Of a DNA stretch of 64,000 bases, positions 1 to 9,120 are shown one piece after another. This stretch comes from Patescibacteria group bacterium (GTDB taxonomy: Bacteria > Patescibacteriota > Microgenomatia > JAMCYU01). The notes under the pieces were generated by a model. The model searched no databases. It was not told the DNA's origin and was given only the letters and a program-made list of their open reading frames with translations. The position numbers and the translations under genes were made by a program. The stretch is taken from positions 762-64,761 of the forward strand of contig JAMCYU010000005.1 in NCBI GenBank assembly GCA_023473585.1, given 5' to 3'. Numbering within the stretch: the stretch's first letter is position 1; each line of letters opens with the position of its first letter.

Positions 1-615
1 ATCCGCCTCATCAAGGACAACTGAACCAAAATCAAAAAGACTGAGATTTCTGGAACGAAGAAAATCTTGAATTCTCCCCGGCGTGCCGATGACAAAACTG
101 GGATTCCTCCGAAGATCGTTCTTTTGCCTTGACATGTTCGCCCCTCCGATACAAAGCGCGCAGTCTATATTAAGACCTCTGGAAAAAGCGGAAAATTCAT
201 CCCTAATTTGGGTTGCCAGCTCGCGCGTTGGTGTCAATATTAAGATTTTCTGACTTCTGTCTTTTAAGACCTTATCTATAAGAGGGATTAAAAATGCCGC
301 TGTTTTGCCTGTTCCGGTATTGGCGATTCCAACCAAATCTTTACCATTAAGGATCGGTTCAATGGCCTGATCCTGAATAGGAGTGGGTGATTTGTACCCT
401 TTTTCAAAGATATTTCTTTTTAAGTCGGCAGAGATTGGAAAATCGGCAAAGGAGTGGGAGATAAGGTATTCCGGCTTTTTTTCATTGATTTCGGAATTGT
501 TTATTAAATCAATCGGATTAAAGGCTTTTATCTTTCTTATCCCACGATTTTGACTGCCGTTAAACCGGTTAAAATTTTGTCTTTGGTATGCCTGTTTTCT
601 AAGTTGTCCGTACAT
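1..615 (-). CDS. DEAD-box ATP-dependent RNA helicase, N-terminal part; gene runs past the window start
   Basis: Reverse-strand translation from ATG at 613-615 gives Q-motif/PTPIQ, Walker A ANTGTGKT, TPGR, and DEAD exactly at window position 1. Not in ORF track because it is truncated by the window edge. Confidence 0.8.
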   Translation of the reverse strand, partial: MYGQLRKQAYQRQNFNRFNGSQNRGIRKIKAFNPIDLINNSEINEKKPEYLISHSFADFPISADLKRNIFEKGYKSPTPIQDQAIEPILNGKDLVGIANTGTGKTAAFLIPLIDKVLKDRSQKILILTPTRELATQIRDEFSAFSRGLNIDCALCIGGANMSRQKNDLRRNPSFVIGTPGRIQDFLRSRNLSLFDFGSVVLDEAD

Positions 616-854
616 TTTTTAAATTTTAAAAGCAATTGAAAGAACAAAACTGCCTAAATAAGAAAGATATAAGGTTACGGAGAAAAGATACAAAAAAGAG
701 TTAATAAACTTGAGGTATCTTTTTTCTAACGAAACAAAATATAGTTACATTTAAGCAGATTTCTTCTCTCAATCTGCAAGGGTAAAACCTATTATACTAC
801 GAAAAAGCTCATAAAGCAAACCGGCCCTCCCGAGCGAACCGGGCTAAGGCATTA

Positions 855-1373
855 CTATCCTTTTTTATCAAGTTTAAATAATCTATTCGTTTCCTCTGAA
901 CTTGGCCAAAGCGTAATATTTTGGGAGTTAAATTTATCTCTTTTTATTTCGAGTATCATTTTTCTAACCATTCCAACAATAGCTTTGGTATCTGATGCCT
1001 TTTCATTCATTTGCGTCCTCGACATAATTTCATTTAAAAGTTGTTCGTCTTTTATCCATAGCGATAGTTCCAATGACATTTTATTCAGTTCTTCATAGTA
1101 GTTAATAAGTTCTTTTTCATCTAAAAAGTCTTTTTCGTGGCCTCTGTATTTTATCCATTTCGCGAAAAAAGTTGCTATTGTTTCCGCCTTTTGTCTTTGA
1201 AGCTGGGAAAATCTATAGTCTTCAAGTTTTTTATCGTATTCGTGTCGAATTGATTGCTCTAGGCGTATTTTTATCCAGTTTGCTAATAACCACTGAATAA
1301 CACTCAAAAGTATGGCCAATACAGACGTCCCCAATAATAGTTGGCCAATAGTAGCTTGGATAATTGTTGCCAT
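855..1373 (-). CDS. hypothetical protein with N-terminal TM helix and coiled-coil region
   Basis: ORF track, 172 aa. Hydrophobic N-terminus ATIGQLLLGTSVLAILLSVIQWLL followed by charged/helical sequence. No recognisable family. Confidence 0.45.
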   Translation of the reverse strand: MATIIQATIGQLLLGTSVLAILLSVIQWLLANWIKIRLEQSIRHEYDKKLEDYRFSQLQRQKAETIATFFAKWIKYRGHEKDFLDEKELINYYEELNKMSLELSLWIKDEQLLNEIMSRTQMNEKASDTKAIVGMVRKMILEIKRDKFNSQNITLWPSSEETNRLFKLDKKG

Positions 1374-1388
1374 ATTATCTCACCAGTA

Positions 1389-2180
1389 TTATTTGCTTGC
1401 CATTAAGGAAAACAACAGTGGTATCTCAATCTTTTTATCTTTAAAGACGTACTGTCCCTGCTTATTTTGCTTCATCAAGCCCGAAAACTGATCATACATC
1501 GTAAAAGGAAATTCATGAACATATTTGATTTTCAACCCTTCACTTAAAAGCGCGTTAATGACATCGCTTAGCGTGTAACTCCAAAGATAGGTCTTGCCTT
1601 TAATTTTGGCCTGCCAATCTGCATAAGTACCGGGAGAATCATCAATATCCGGGCCTTTGTCAAAATATTTATAAGAAATTTTAAAGTCATCGCTTAAAAT
1701 ATTGGTGAAAGGATGAAGTTCGACCAGGTAAAAGATCCCGCCGGGTTTTAGAAAATGATTAATAATTTTTGCCCATTTTTTTAGATTTTTAAGCCAGCAT
1801 AAAACTCCGTAAGAGGCAAAAATAATATCGAATTTTTTCTCCAAAACATTGGGTAAATTATAAATATCTGAAAGAATAAAAGTTGCCGGAAGATGAAACT
1901 CTTGACTTAATTTTCTGGCGGTTTCTATTGATTTCGAAGAAAAATCAACGCCGGTAACCATGGCCCCTTTTCGAGACCAGGAAAGTGTGTCTAGACCGAA
2001 ATGACACATAAGATGCAGAAGGCTTTGACCGCGAACATCTCCCATTTCCTCTTTTTCAATAACGGTTAAACTGCTTTTTCTCTTTTTAAAACCGGCCAAA
2101 TCGTAAAGTTTGGATCTTAAATGTATCGGCGTAACATTATTCCACCATTGCTTGTTGATTTGGGCGTAGTCCTTCACCAA
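1389..2180 (-). CDS. class I SAM-dependent methyltransferase
   Basis: ORF track, 263 aa. Motif I-like VTGVDFS, and FDIIFASYGV / LKPGGIFY typical of the Rossmann methyltransferase fold. Confidence 0.65.
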   Translation of the reverse strand: MVKDYAQINKQWWNNVTPIHLRSKLYDLAGFKKRKSSLTVIEKEEMGDVRGQSLLHLMCHFGLDTLSWSRKGAMVTGVDFSSKSIETARKLSQEFHLPATFILSDIYNLPNVLEKKFDIIFASYGVLCWLKNLKKWAKIINHFLKPGGIFYLVELHPFTNILSDDFKISYKYFDKGPDIDDSPGTYADWQAKIKGKTYLWSYTLSDVINALLSEGLKIKYVHEFPFTMYDQFSGLMKQNKQGQYVFKDKKIEIPLLFSLMASK

Positions 2181-2210
2181 TCCAGTTTATCTCAATTGTC
2201 AGTTATTTGT

Positions 2211-2786
2211 CTAATTCAACTGTTGAATTACCTCATAAATTTTATGCAAATATCTTTTGTCTCCAATATTGTGTTCCGCCCTGGCGATGGGCAACAAATA
2301 TTTATGGCGATTTAAAATCTCGCCAAAAGCTTCACGCACCCTGTTTTTCAACGACTTATCTTCTTTCCCTCCATATAGCATAAAGATTTTTTGGGCTTTA
2401 ATCCGTTTGGCTAAACTTAAACACTTTAAATTCACAAAATCCTGATCATGTGGGTTTTGTTCTTTTTGCAAATCTTCTTCAAAATAGGGTGATAAGGAAC
2501 AAAGAATTAAGCCGTCAGTTTTAACCTTGGTTGAGGTAATAAAAGCGATCATGGCTCCGTAAGAAAATCCGAGAAGATATTGCTTGCCAATTTTCTTTCC
2601 CAATCTTTTTTTCTTCAATTCGTGTAAAAAATAAGCGGTATTTTCGGCAATGGTCGTTTGTTGCCAAGGGATTGTCACGGGCACGGGAAGATAACCTTGG
2701 TTTTTAAGCATTTTGGCAATTTGCCGGTAGGCTTGATGCGTCGGCAGATGACGGTAGCCCGGAATAATATAAACGGCTTTTTCCAT
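2211..2786 (-). CDS. alpha/beta-fold serine hydrolase (esterase-like)
   Basis: ORF track, 191 aa. GxSxG nucleophile elbow GFSYG, with a C-terminal His region. Confidence 0.55.
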   Translation of the reverse strand: MEKAVYIIPGYRHLPTHQAYRQIAKMLKNQGYLPVPVTIPWQQTTIAENTAYFLHELKKKRLGKKIGKQYLLGFSYGAMIAFITSTKVKTDGLILCSLSPYFEEDLQKEQNPHDQDFVNLKCLSLAKRIKAQKIFMLYGGKEDKSLKNRVREAFGEILNRHKYLLPIARAEHNIGDKRYLHKIYEVIQQLN

Positions 2787-2864
2787 AATTTCCGGGCAGT
2801 TGGGGGATTATATCACAGGTAAAGCTTTTCTGTCTTTTGAGGAATAAACTGAGCCGGCGAAGTG

Positions 2865-2935
2865 TTTCGGGGCTTGGATTCGAACCAAGACTAGTAGCTT
2901 CAGAGGCTACTGTCCTACCGTTAGACGACCCCGAA
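2865..2935 (-). tRNA. tRNA-Gln (anticodon CUG)
   Basis: Hand-folded 71-nt cloverleaf on the reverse strand. 7-bp acceptor TTCGGGG/CCCCGAA, D-loop AACGGTA, anticodon stem GTAGC/GCTAC with loop CTCTGAA (U33-CUG-A37), T-arm CTTGG-TTCGAAT-CCAAG. CCA is not encoded. Confidence 0.75.
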
Positions 2936-2952
2936 ATAGATTTACAAGGCTA

Positions 2953-2981
2953 ATTTTAACACAATTTGGGGTTTTTGTCAG
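2953..2981 (-). promoter_or_regulatory. sigma70-type promoter for tRNA-Gln: -35 CTGACA, 17-nt spacer, extended -10 TGTTAAAAT
   Basis: Read on the minus strand as CTGACA-aaaaccccaaattgtgt-TAAAAT, ending 19 nt before the tRNA 5' end. The same TGTTAAAAT motif precedes rnpB and tRNA-Pro. Confidence 0.45.
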
Positions 2982-2982
2982 C

Positions 2983-3008
2983 TACTATATTGCTTTAAAG
3001 TAATATAG
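2983..3008. repeat. 26-bp near-palindromic repeat, copy 1 (tactatattgctttaaagtaatatag)
   Basis: Exact 26-mer also at 31061..31086 in inverted orientation. Contains the palindrome ctatatt-N10-aatatag. Sits 3 nt after the stop of ORF 3012..3350 and abuts the tRNA-Gln -35. Confidence 0.6.
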
Positions 3009-3011
3009 CGA

Positions 3012-3350
3012 CTAACCAGTTCTTCTTTTCTGAACAAGATAATTAAACTGAGAGAAATATTTTTGCCATTGTCCGTCTGTTTGAAAGTATCGGTTATTAC
3101 CAATAAAAAAATCGCAAAATAATTCCCTTGCCCGCAAAATTTCTTTTAGGCGGTTTCTATTGGAAGGGTCAGAAACAGTTAAATCAAAAAGCTCTAGCGC
3201 CCTAATAAAGGCCCCTTTTGCCGTCTCATTATCGCCTTTTGCCCGCCAAGAGATCGCTCGAAAAACCTCGCTCCCGATATTGGCCATCTGTTCAATTAAG
3301 TCCAGGTTATTCCATTTTCCAGAAGCAAGAGATAGGTGTTGAAAAGTCAT
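3012..3350 (-). CDS. hypothetical protein (112 aa)
   Basis: ORF track. 4-nt ATGA overlap with the upstream small ORF suggests translational coupling. No recognisable motifs. Confidence 0.45.
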   Translation of the reverse strand: MTFQHLSLASGKWNNLDLIEQMANIGSEVFRAISWRAKGDNETAKGAFIRALELFDLTVSDPSNRNRLKEILRARELFCDFFIGNNRYFQTDGQWQKYFSQFNYLVQKRRTG

Positions 3351-3688
3351 TTTATAATTAAATTATCAACTATCTTGATAATTTTTTCTCTAATTTTTAA
3401 ATCATCAATTCCCCTGCTGTTATTGCCGTAAGCTGGTCGTAGATTAATCATTGAATCAAACTCAATGAAATCTTCTCCTGTTTTTTTCGGATAAAGGTTT
3501 ATTCCCCATAAATTTTCCTGTTTGGAACCACTATTTATAAGTAAAGTCTCTTCATCCGCATGTAGTTCTCCGTCAACGGCGATTATTTCTTTTTCGACAT
3601 CAACCACAACTTTAACTAAATCTCCAAACGTCTTCTCGGCCATTTTTTTTAACTCTTCAAGGGTTATTTTTTTAGTAAAAATCTTCAT
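3347..3688 (-). CDS. small conserved hypothetical protein; resembles the DUF5674 family
   Basis: ORF track, 113 aa. Pattern ...QENLWGINLYP...FIEFDSMINLRP...GNNSRG matches my recollection of DUF5674. Not verifiable here. Confidence 0.45.
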   Translation of the reverse strand: MKIFTKKITLEELKKMAEKTFGDLVKVVVDVEKEIIAVDGELHADEETLLINSGSKQENLWGINLYPKKTGEDFIEFDSMINLRPAYGNNSRGIDDLKIREKIIKIVDNLIIK

Positions 3689-3692
3689 AAAT

Positions 3693-5120
3693 TTACTTTA
3701 TTTTCTCAAGGCTTACTTGGAGACGATCGAGAGTTTCTGTCTTGCCCAAAACCTCCATCGTTTCAAAAAGAGGCGGGGTCACCGTTTTTCCGGTTAAGGC
3801 AATTCTTAAAATCATAAAAAGATCACCGTCTTTAAGACTTAATTCTTTCGCTACTCCCCGGCCTTCTTTTTCCAAATCCTGCTTTTTCCATGATTTTAAT
3901 TTGTCAATTTTAAAAAGAAACAGATTTAAAGGGGTTTCCACTTCTTCTTTAGTTTTTCCCGATAAAAGTAAAGTCGGATCAACCGCAGGTTTTTTGAAGA
4001 AAAAGTCGGTGAAATTCTCAAAATCGGTGAGTTTTTTCATGCGCTCGACAACTAACGGCAGAATTTGGGCAATCTTCTCTTCCGGGTATTTTTTAAGATA
4101 GAATTCAAAGATTTGCTTGGCCAGCTGACGAATTGGTTTTTGTCTTAAATAGACGCCGTTTACCCAGTCTAATTTTTGCAGATCAAAAACCGGACCGGTT
4201 GTTTGAATTTTCTCGAGTTTTAATTTCTTAATAAATTCCTCTAAAGTGAAAATTTCCTTGGCTTCCGGGTGCGCCCAGCCCATCAGCGCCAGGTAATTAA
4301 GTATGGCCTCGGGCAGATAGCCCTGCTCGCGATACCAGGAAAGCCAAACCGGATTGTGCCTTTTGGAAAGTTTTGAGTGGTCAGGATTGCGAAGAAGCGG
4401 CAGATGGGCAAAAAAAGGCAACTCCCAACCCAAAGCCTTATAAATTAAAATATGTTTCGGTGTTGAGGAAATCCATTCTTCGGCCCGAATAATATGGGTT
4501 ATCTTCATTAAGTGATCATCCGTAACCACCCCTAAATGATAGGTCGGAAAACCATCCGATTTTAAAAGAACCTGATCATCAATTAGGCCGTTTTCAAAAG
4601 TAATTTCACCCCTGATCAAATCAGTAAATTTTGTCTGTCCGGCCTGAGGAACTTTAAGTCTGATAACGTAGGGCGTTTTGTGTTTTAATTTTTGCCGTAT
4701 TTCCTCGTTTTTTAAGGAGCGGCACCTTTGATCATATCGGGGCACCTCGCCGCGTTTTTGTTGAATTTCACGCATTTCCTCCAAAGTTTTGGTATCGCAA
4801 AAACAATAATAAGCCGCCCCCACCCTCACCAGTTCCTCGGCATAATTTTTATAAATTTTTAGCCTGTCTGACTGCCGATAGGGCGCATAAGGACCACCGA
4901 TATCCGGTCCTTCATCATAAGCCAACCCTAACCAGCAAAGAGAATCCAAAATTCTTTCTTCCGAACCGGAAACCAAACGTGTCCTGTCGGTATCTTCAAT
5001 TCTGATTAAAAATTTACCCTTATTTTGTTTGGCAAAAGCAAAATTGATTAAAGCCGTGTAGACATTGCCGATATGTAAGTCTTCGCCGGTCGGCGACGGC
5101 GCGATTCTGACGCGTACCAT
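3693..5120 (-). CDS. gltX: glutamate--tRNA ligase
   Basis: 475 aa. Class I HIGH motif (PSPTGEDLHIGN) and KMSKS-like KLSKR. Overall GluRS architecture. Confidence 0.9.
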   Translation of the reverse strand: MVRVRIAPSPTGEDLHIGNVYTALINFAFAKQNKGKFLIRIEDTDRTRLVSGSEERILDSLCWLGLAYDEGPDIGGPYAPYRQSDRLKIYKNYAEELVRVGAAYYCFCDTKTLEEMREIQQKRGEVPRYDQRCRSLKNEEIRQKLKHKTPYVIRLKVPQAGQTKFTDLIRGEITFENGLIDDQVLLKSDGFPTYHLGVVTDDHLMKITHIIRAEEWISSTPKHILIYKALGWELPFFAHLPLLRNPDHSKLSKRHNPVWLSWYREQGYLPEAILNYLALMGWAHPEAKEIFTLEEFIKKLKLEKIQTTGPVFDLQKLDWVNGVYLRQKPIRQLAKQIFEFYLKKYPEEKIAQILPLVVERMKKLTDFENFTDFFFKKPAVDPTLLLSGKTKEEVETPLNLFLFKIDKLKSWKKQDLEKEGRGVAKELSLKDGDLFMILRIALTGKTVTPPLFETMEVLGKTETLDRLQVSLEKIK

Positions 5121-5145
5121 ACAGATTGAATTTTAACATAAGAGG

Positions 5146-6231
5146 ATGCTATACTCAATTTGCTGCCCAATGACAACCTTAACCGAAACAGCTTATTACA
5201 CCAGAAAAGCCATTAATTGGGGCTTGATTGCCCTGGTTTTACTTTTTATTTTTAAAATTTTCCTTGATCTGACTCTTACAGCCTGGAAAAAAATTCATCC
5301 TCCGGCCCCGCCGCCGCCGACGGTTTCTTTCGGCAAATTACCGGCCTTGAAATTTCCCGCTGTCGAAAGTGACCCTTCCTCTCCTAAACTTAATTTTAAA
5401 CTGGAAACTATTGACGGCAAAACACCGATCGCTTCTTCAACAGGAACGGTCTTTTTCATGCCTAAACCTTCTCCGAATTTGCTTTCTTTAAACAGGACTC
5501 AACAATTCGCCCAAAAAATGGGTTTTACCGCTGAACCCCAGGCCGAAAATCAAAATCTTTATCGGTGGCAGGACAACGAAATCCCGCAAAGAATCTTAAG
5601 GGTTGATATTGTCAACGGCAATTTTAAATTATCTTACGATTACGGGTCCGACCTGTCAGTCTTTACGGAAAAAAATCTGCCCAACCAAACAAAGGCCATG
5701 AACGAAACCACAAATTATCTGCAAAATTTAGGGCTTTTTTCCACTCCCCTGGAAAAAGGTGAAAATAAAGTCAGCTACTATCAGCTTATGGACAACAATC
5801 TTCTTCCGACAACGAGTTTGGCAAACGCTGACGCGGTCAGAATTGATTTGGGAAGAGAAGATTTATTGGGTTTAAAACTTCTTTCCGTCAAATATCCTCA
5901 AGAATTAATTAATCTGATTTTCTCCGGAAGCAAACAAACTAAAAAAAGATTTCTTGAACTAAACTATATTTTTTGGAAAATCGAGGAAGAACAATCGGCC
6001 ACTTATCCTTTGAAAACATCGGCTCAGGCTTGGGAAGAGCTACGAAATGGCGGCGGTTTCATCGTGCGGCCGCCGGATGACAAACAAAACGTCATTGTGA
6101 GAAAAATCTATCTGGCCTATTTCTACCCTGAAGAGTACCAAAATTTTCTTCAGCCGATTTTCGTTTTTGAAGGCGACGGTAATTTCCTTGCCTTTATCCC
6201 TGCCGTCAGTCCTTCCTGGACGGCTCAATAA
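5146..6231 (+). CDS. hypothetical membrane-anchored/secreted protein with Pro-rich linker
   Basis: ORF track, 361 aa. TM segment WGLIALVLLFIFKIF, then PPAPPPPTVSF. Real start may be the internal Met (MTTLTE). Only 25 nt from the divergent gltX start. Confidence 0.45.
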   Translation: MLYSICCPMTTLTETAYYTRKAINWGLIALVLLFIFKIFLDLTLTAWKKIHPPAPPPPTVSFGKLPALKFPAVESDPSSPKLNFKLETIDGKTPIASSTGTVFFMPKPSPNLLSLNRTQQFAQKMGFTAEPQAENQNLYRWQDNEIPQRILRVDIVNGNFKLSYDYGSDLSVFTEKNLPNQTKAMNETTNYLQNLGLFSTPLEKGENKVSYYQLMDNNLLPTTSLANADAVRIDLGREDLLGLKLLSVKYPQELINLIFSGSKQTKKRFLELNYIFWKIEEEQSATYPLKTSAQAWEELRNGGGFIVRPPDDKQNVIVRKIYLAYFYPEEYQNFLQPIFVFEGDGNFLAFIPAVSPSWTAQ

Positions 6232-7159
6232 TCTGCCAGGTAAAATTACCAAAGACCCAATTAATCAGCGTGTTTGTTTCTCCGAAACGATCCTGGCTTC
6301 CCAAAACCACGATTAAAATCTTTTTTCCGTTTTTATTAAGAGCCGTAATCAAACACTCACCGGCGTTTTCAGTCCAGCCGGTTTTAACCCCTAAAACACC
6401 GGGAATTTTCCCTAAAAGCGCGTTGACGTTTTCCAGTTTATAAAATCTGGTAAAACCGACGTCGTGAACCGTAATCGCCGGCGTACCGACAATTTTCGCG
6501 ACCGTCGGGTTGTTTAGAGCGATTGTCGCCAGGCGGGCCAAATCGCGCGCCGAAGTGTAATGGGCGTTTTCTTCGAAACCGGCCGGATTAGTAAAATGAG
6601 TATCTTCTAAAGAAAATTCTCGGGCTTTTTGGTTCATTTTTTCCATAAAACGCTCATCGCCGCCGGGATAATTTTGGGCCAAAACAAAAGCGGCGTCATT
6701 GGCCGAGTGCACTAAAAGGCCATAAAGAAGATTTTCCACCGTTAGTTTGTCACCGACAGCCAAATCCATAGTCTTCCCTTCACTTATAACTTTCTCAACT
6801 AACAAAACGTCATCCAGTTTATATTGATCAAGAGCAACCAAGGCGGTCATTAATTTGGTCGTTGAGGCCGGCGCCAGTCTCATTTGAGGATTTTTTTGCA
6901 AAAGAACAATTTGCGAAGGTAAATCAATAACCAAAATGGCTTCGGCAGACAGTTGAGGAGACAAAACGCCACTTAAATTCATGGGGTATGGAGCTGGCGT
7001 TGGGATAGTCAGTGGAAAATCGAGAAGCGGCGGAATTTTTTCTTTTTCTTTTTTTTGATAAATATTCTGTCCCGGCAACAATAAAAAAAACAAAAGAATT
7101 AAACTTAATAAGAGCAGAGAAATTTTTGAAATCTCGTGAAGAGAATTTTTTTTCGCCAT
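6206..7159 (-). CDS. D-alanyl-D-alanine carboxypeptidase (S11 / PBP5-like serine peptidase)
   Basis: SxxK (ASTTKLMT), SxN (SAND) and KTG (KTGWT) motifs, with signal/TM segment. Start moved to the internal ATG at 7157-7159 (MAKKNSL...) because the track's longer ORF overlaps aspS by 120 nt. Confidence 0.8.
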   Translation of the reverse strand: MAKKNSLHEISKISLLLLSLILLFFLLLPGQNIYQKKEKEKIPPLLDFPLTIPTPAPYPMNLSGVLSPQLSAEAILVIDLPSQIVLLQKNPQMRLAPASTTKLMTALVALDQYKLDDVLLVEKVISEGKTMDLAVGDKLTVENLLYGLLVHSANDAAFVLAQNYPGGDERFMEKMNQKAREFSLEDTHFTNPAGFEENAHYTSARDLARLATIALNNPTVAKIVGTPAITVHDVGFTRFYKLENVNALLGKIPGVLGVKTGWTENAGECLITALNKNGKKILIVVLGSQDRFGETNTLINWVFGNFTWQIIEPSRKD

Positions 7160-7161
7160 GA

Positions 7162-8487
7162 CTATTTTTTCTTCTCGTTGAGTCTTCTGTCTATTCTTTC
7201 CATGTCTCTGGGGAAAAGACTGGCCAGACGGACATTTTCCAAACCTAAAATCTGCATCGTTATTCTTTCTGCCCCTAAACAAAACCCCCCTTCGGGCGGT
7301 ATCCCATATTTAAAGGCTTGCAGATAAAGATCAAAATCCTCAGGTTTATTCCCCCATTTTCTAACATGGTCTAAAAGCATTTGATAATCATTGATTCTCC
7401 TCCCACCGGTAACCCATTCCAGACCCCTGCCTAACAAATCAAAACTATTGGTAAATTCCGGATCTTCCTCATCGGGAAAGGTATAAAACGGCCGTTTTTT
7501 CGTCGGGTAATGGGTGATAAAAATTAAATCCGACCCGTGTTCTTCAAGCGCGAAGCGGCAGATTTCTTTTTCGTCTTCCGGTTCCAAATCAGGTTCATGT
7601 CTATTATCTTTGCCTGTTCTTTTAAAAATAATTTCCTGCGCCTCTCTCATTTTAATTCTGGGAATCTTACTTGAAAGTTTCGGCAGGGTCGCGGAAAACA
7701 ATTTAAGTTCCTCTTTATTTTCTTCTTCCACTTTTTGGAAAATAGCCCTCATTAACAGTTCTACCATATCCATGATGTCTTCAAAAGATTCGATGAATCC
7801 CATTTCCGCGTCCAGCCCGAGATATTCGGTCATGTGACGGGTGGTTATTGACGGTTCGGCTCTGTAGGCATGAGCCAAAGTAAAAACTCTTTCAAAAATT
7901 CCCACCATGATTTGTTTATAAAGCTGCGGAGATTGAGCTAAGTACGCCTCGTGTTCAAAATATTTTATTTTAAAAACTTGGGCGCCGCCCTCGGTGGCCG
8001 ACGGAACGATCGTGGGAACCTGAATTTCCGTAAATCCCTGTTTTCTTAAAAATTCCCTAAAGCCTTCGATAATTGTTTCCTGAACTTTAAAAATGGCCCT
8101 GTTTTTTGGATGACGCAAACTTAAAGAACGAAAATCTAAAAGAGTCGGCAGACTGACCTTTAATTCTTCCTGTCCCATATCAAACGGCAATTCTTCAGCC
8201 TTGGTTAAAATTTTTACTTCTTTGACTTCAACTTCAACTTTGCCGGTTTGGATTTTTGCGTTAACCATATTCGTTGGTCTTTCCTTAACCAACCCGATGA
8301 CCTCAACCACGTCTTCTGGTCTTAGTTCTTTTAATTCCGAACCGCCGACGACCTGAACAAGACCGCTTCGGTCACGAAGATCAATAAAAATAATCTTACC
8401 GTGATCCCTGTGGGTATTGACCCAACCGTAAAGTTTGACTTTTTGACCTATAAGTTTTGGGGTTTCAGAAATTTTGGTTCTTTCCAT
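7162..8487 (-). CDS. aspS: aspartate--tRNA ligase, class IIb (archaeal-type short AspRS; AsnRS not excluded)
   Basis: 441 aa. N-terminal OB anticodon-binding domain, class II motifs (FRDLRD..., GGFCLGAERI). Confidence 0.75.
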   Translation of the reverse strand: MERTKISETPKLIGQKVKLYGWVNTHRDHGKIIFIDLRDRSGLVQVVGGSELKELRPEDVVEVIGLVKERPTNMVNAKIQTGKVEVEVKEVKILTKAEELPFDMGQEELKVSLPTLLDFRSLSLRHPKNRAIFKVQETIIEGFREFLRKQGFTEIQVPTIVPSATEGGAQVFKIKYFEHEAYLAQSPQLYKQIMVGIFERVFTLAHAYRAEPSITTRHMTEYLGLDAEMGFIESFEDIMDMVELLMRAIFQKVEEENKEELKLFSATLPKLSSKIPRIKMREAQEIIFKRTGKDNRHEPDLEPEDEKEICRFALEEHGSDLIFITHYPTKKRPFYTFPDEEDPEFTNSFDLLGRGLEWVTGGRRINDYQMLLDHVRKWGNKPEDFDLYLQAFKYGIPPEGGFCLGAERITMQILGLENVRLASLFPRDMERIDRRLNEKKK

Positions 8488-8580
8488 AGCCCGATTATAG
8501 GACTCTGGGTTTGATTTGACAATAAGTAAAGGCTATGATAAATATCATCATGCCTCCTCAAAGGAGGTTTTTTAATAAAG

Positions 8581-9120
8581 ATGACCATAGAAATTTCTAG
8601 CCAATCAAGAAAGATCGAGGAAGAAAAGAGACGCGGCTACCTTCTCTTTAAAGTTGACGGTGCTAAAGATCATCTTGTTTGTCCTTGGCCTAAAGATTGG
8701 AAAATTCCCAGAAATGCGATTGTCGGATTAGGGATTCCGACCAACGAAGAACAATCCCTGGTGATTGCTTTTTCACCCAGCAGAGGTCTTCCTTCTCATG
8801 CCTTTTTAGACGCGACCATTCATCATATATGTCCTGACTGTTGTTATTTTTCTGCATCTCTTCGTTCCTATAGGGGCCATAGCATTTTAACGCTTTCGAC
8901 TCTGACCGAAGAAGACAGGAAAAAAGCCGAAGAAGCCGGCGTTATTTATCAAAATCCAGATCAAGTCTTAACCGACGCTGATTTAAAAGTAATTGCTGAA
9001 GCTTTGGGCGCTTGTGAATATACTTTTGCTTTAGAATCTCGTCATATACGGGCCATGCACGAACCTCTTGGCGGTATCGATTATTTACGTCGAAAGTTGC
9101 AAACGACTTCCGGAGATTAG
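8581..9120 (+). CDS. hypothetical protein (179 aa) with Cys cluster ICPDCCYF
   Basis: ORF track. Strong SD AAAGGAGG at 8560-8567. No recognisable family. Confidence 0.45.
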   Translation: MTIEISSQSRKIEEEKRRGYLLFKVDGAKDHLVCPWPKDWKIPRNAIVGLGIPTNEEQSLVIAFSPSRGLPSHAFLDATIHHICPDCCYFSASLRSYRGHSILTLSTLTEEDRKKAEEAGVIYQNPDQVLTDADLKVIAEALGACEYTFALESRHIRAMHEPLGGIDYLRRKLQTTSGD

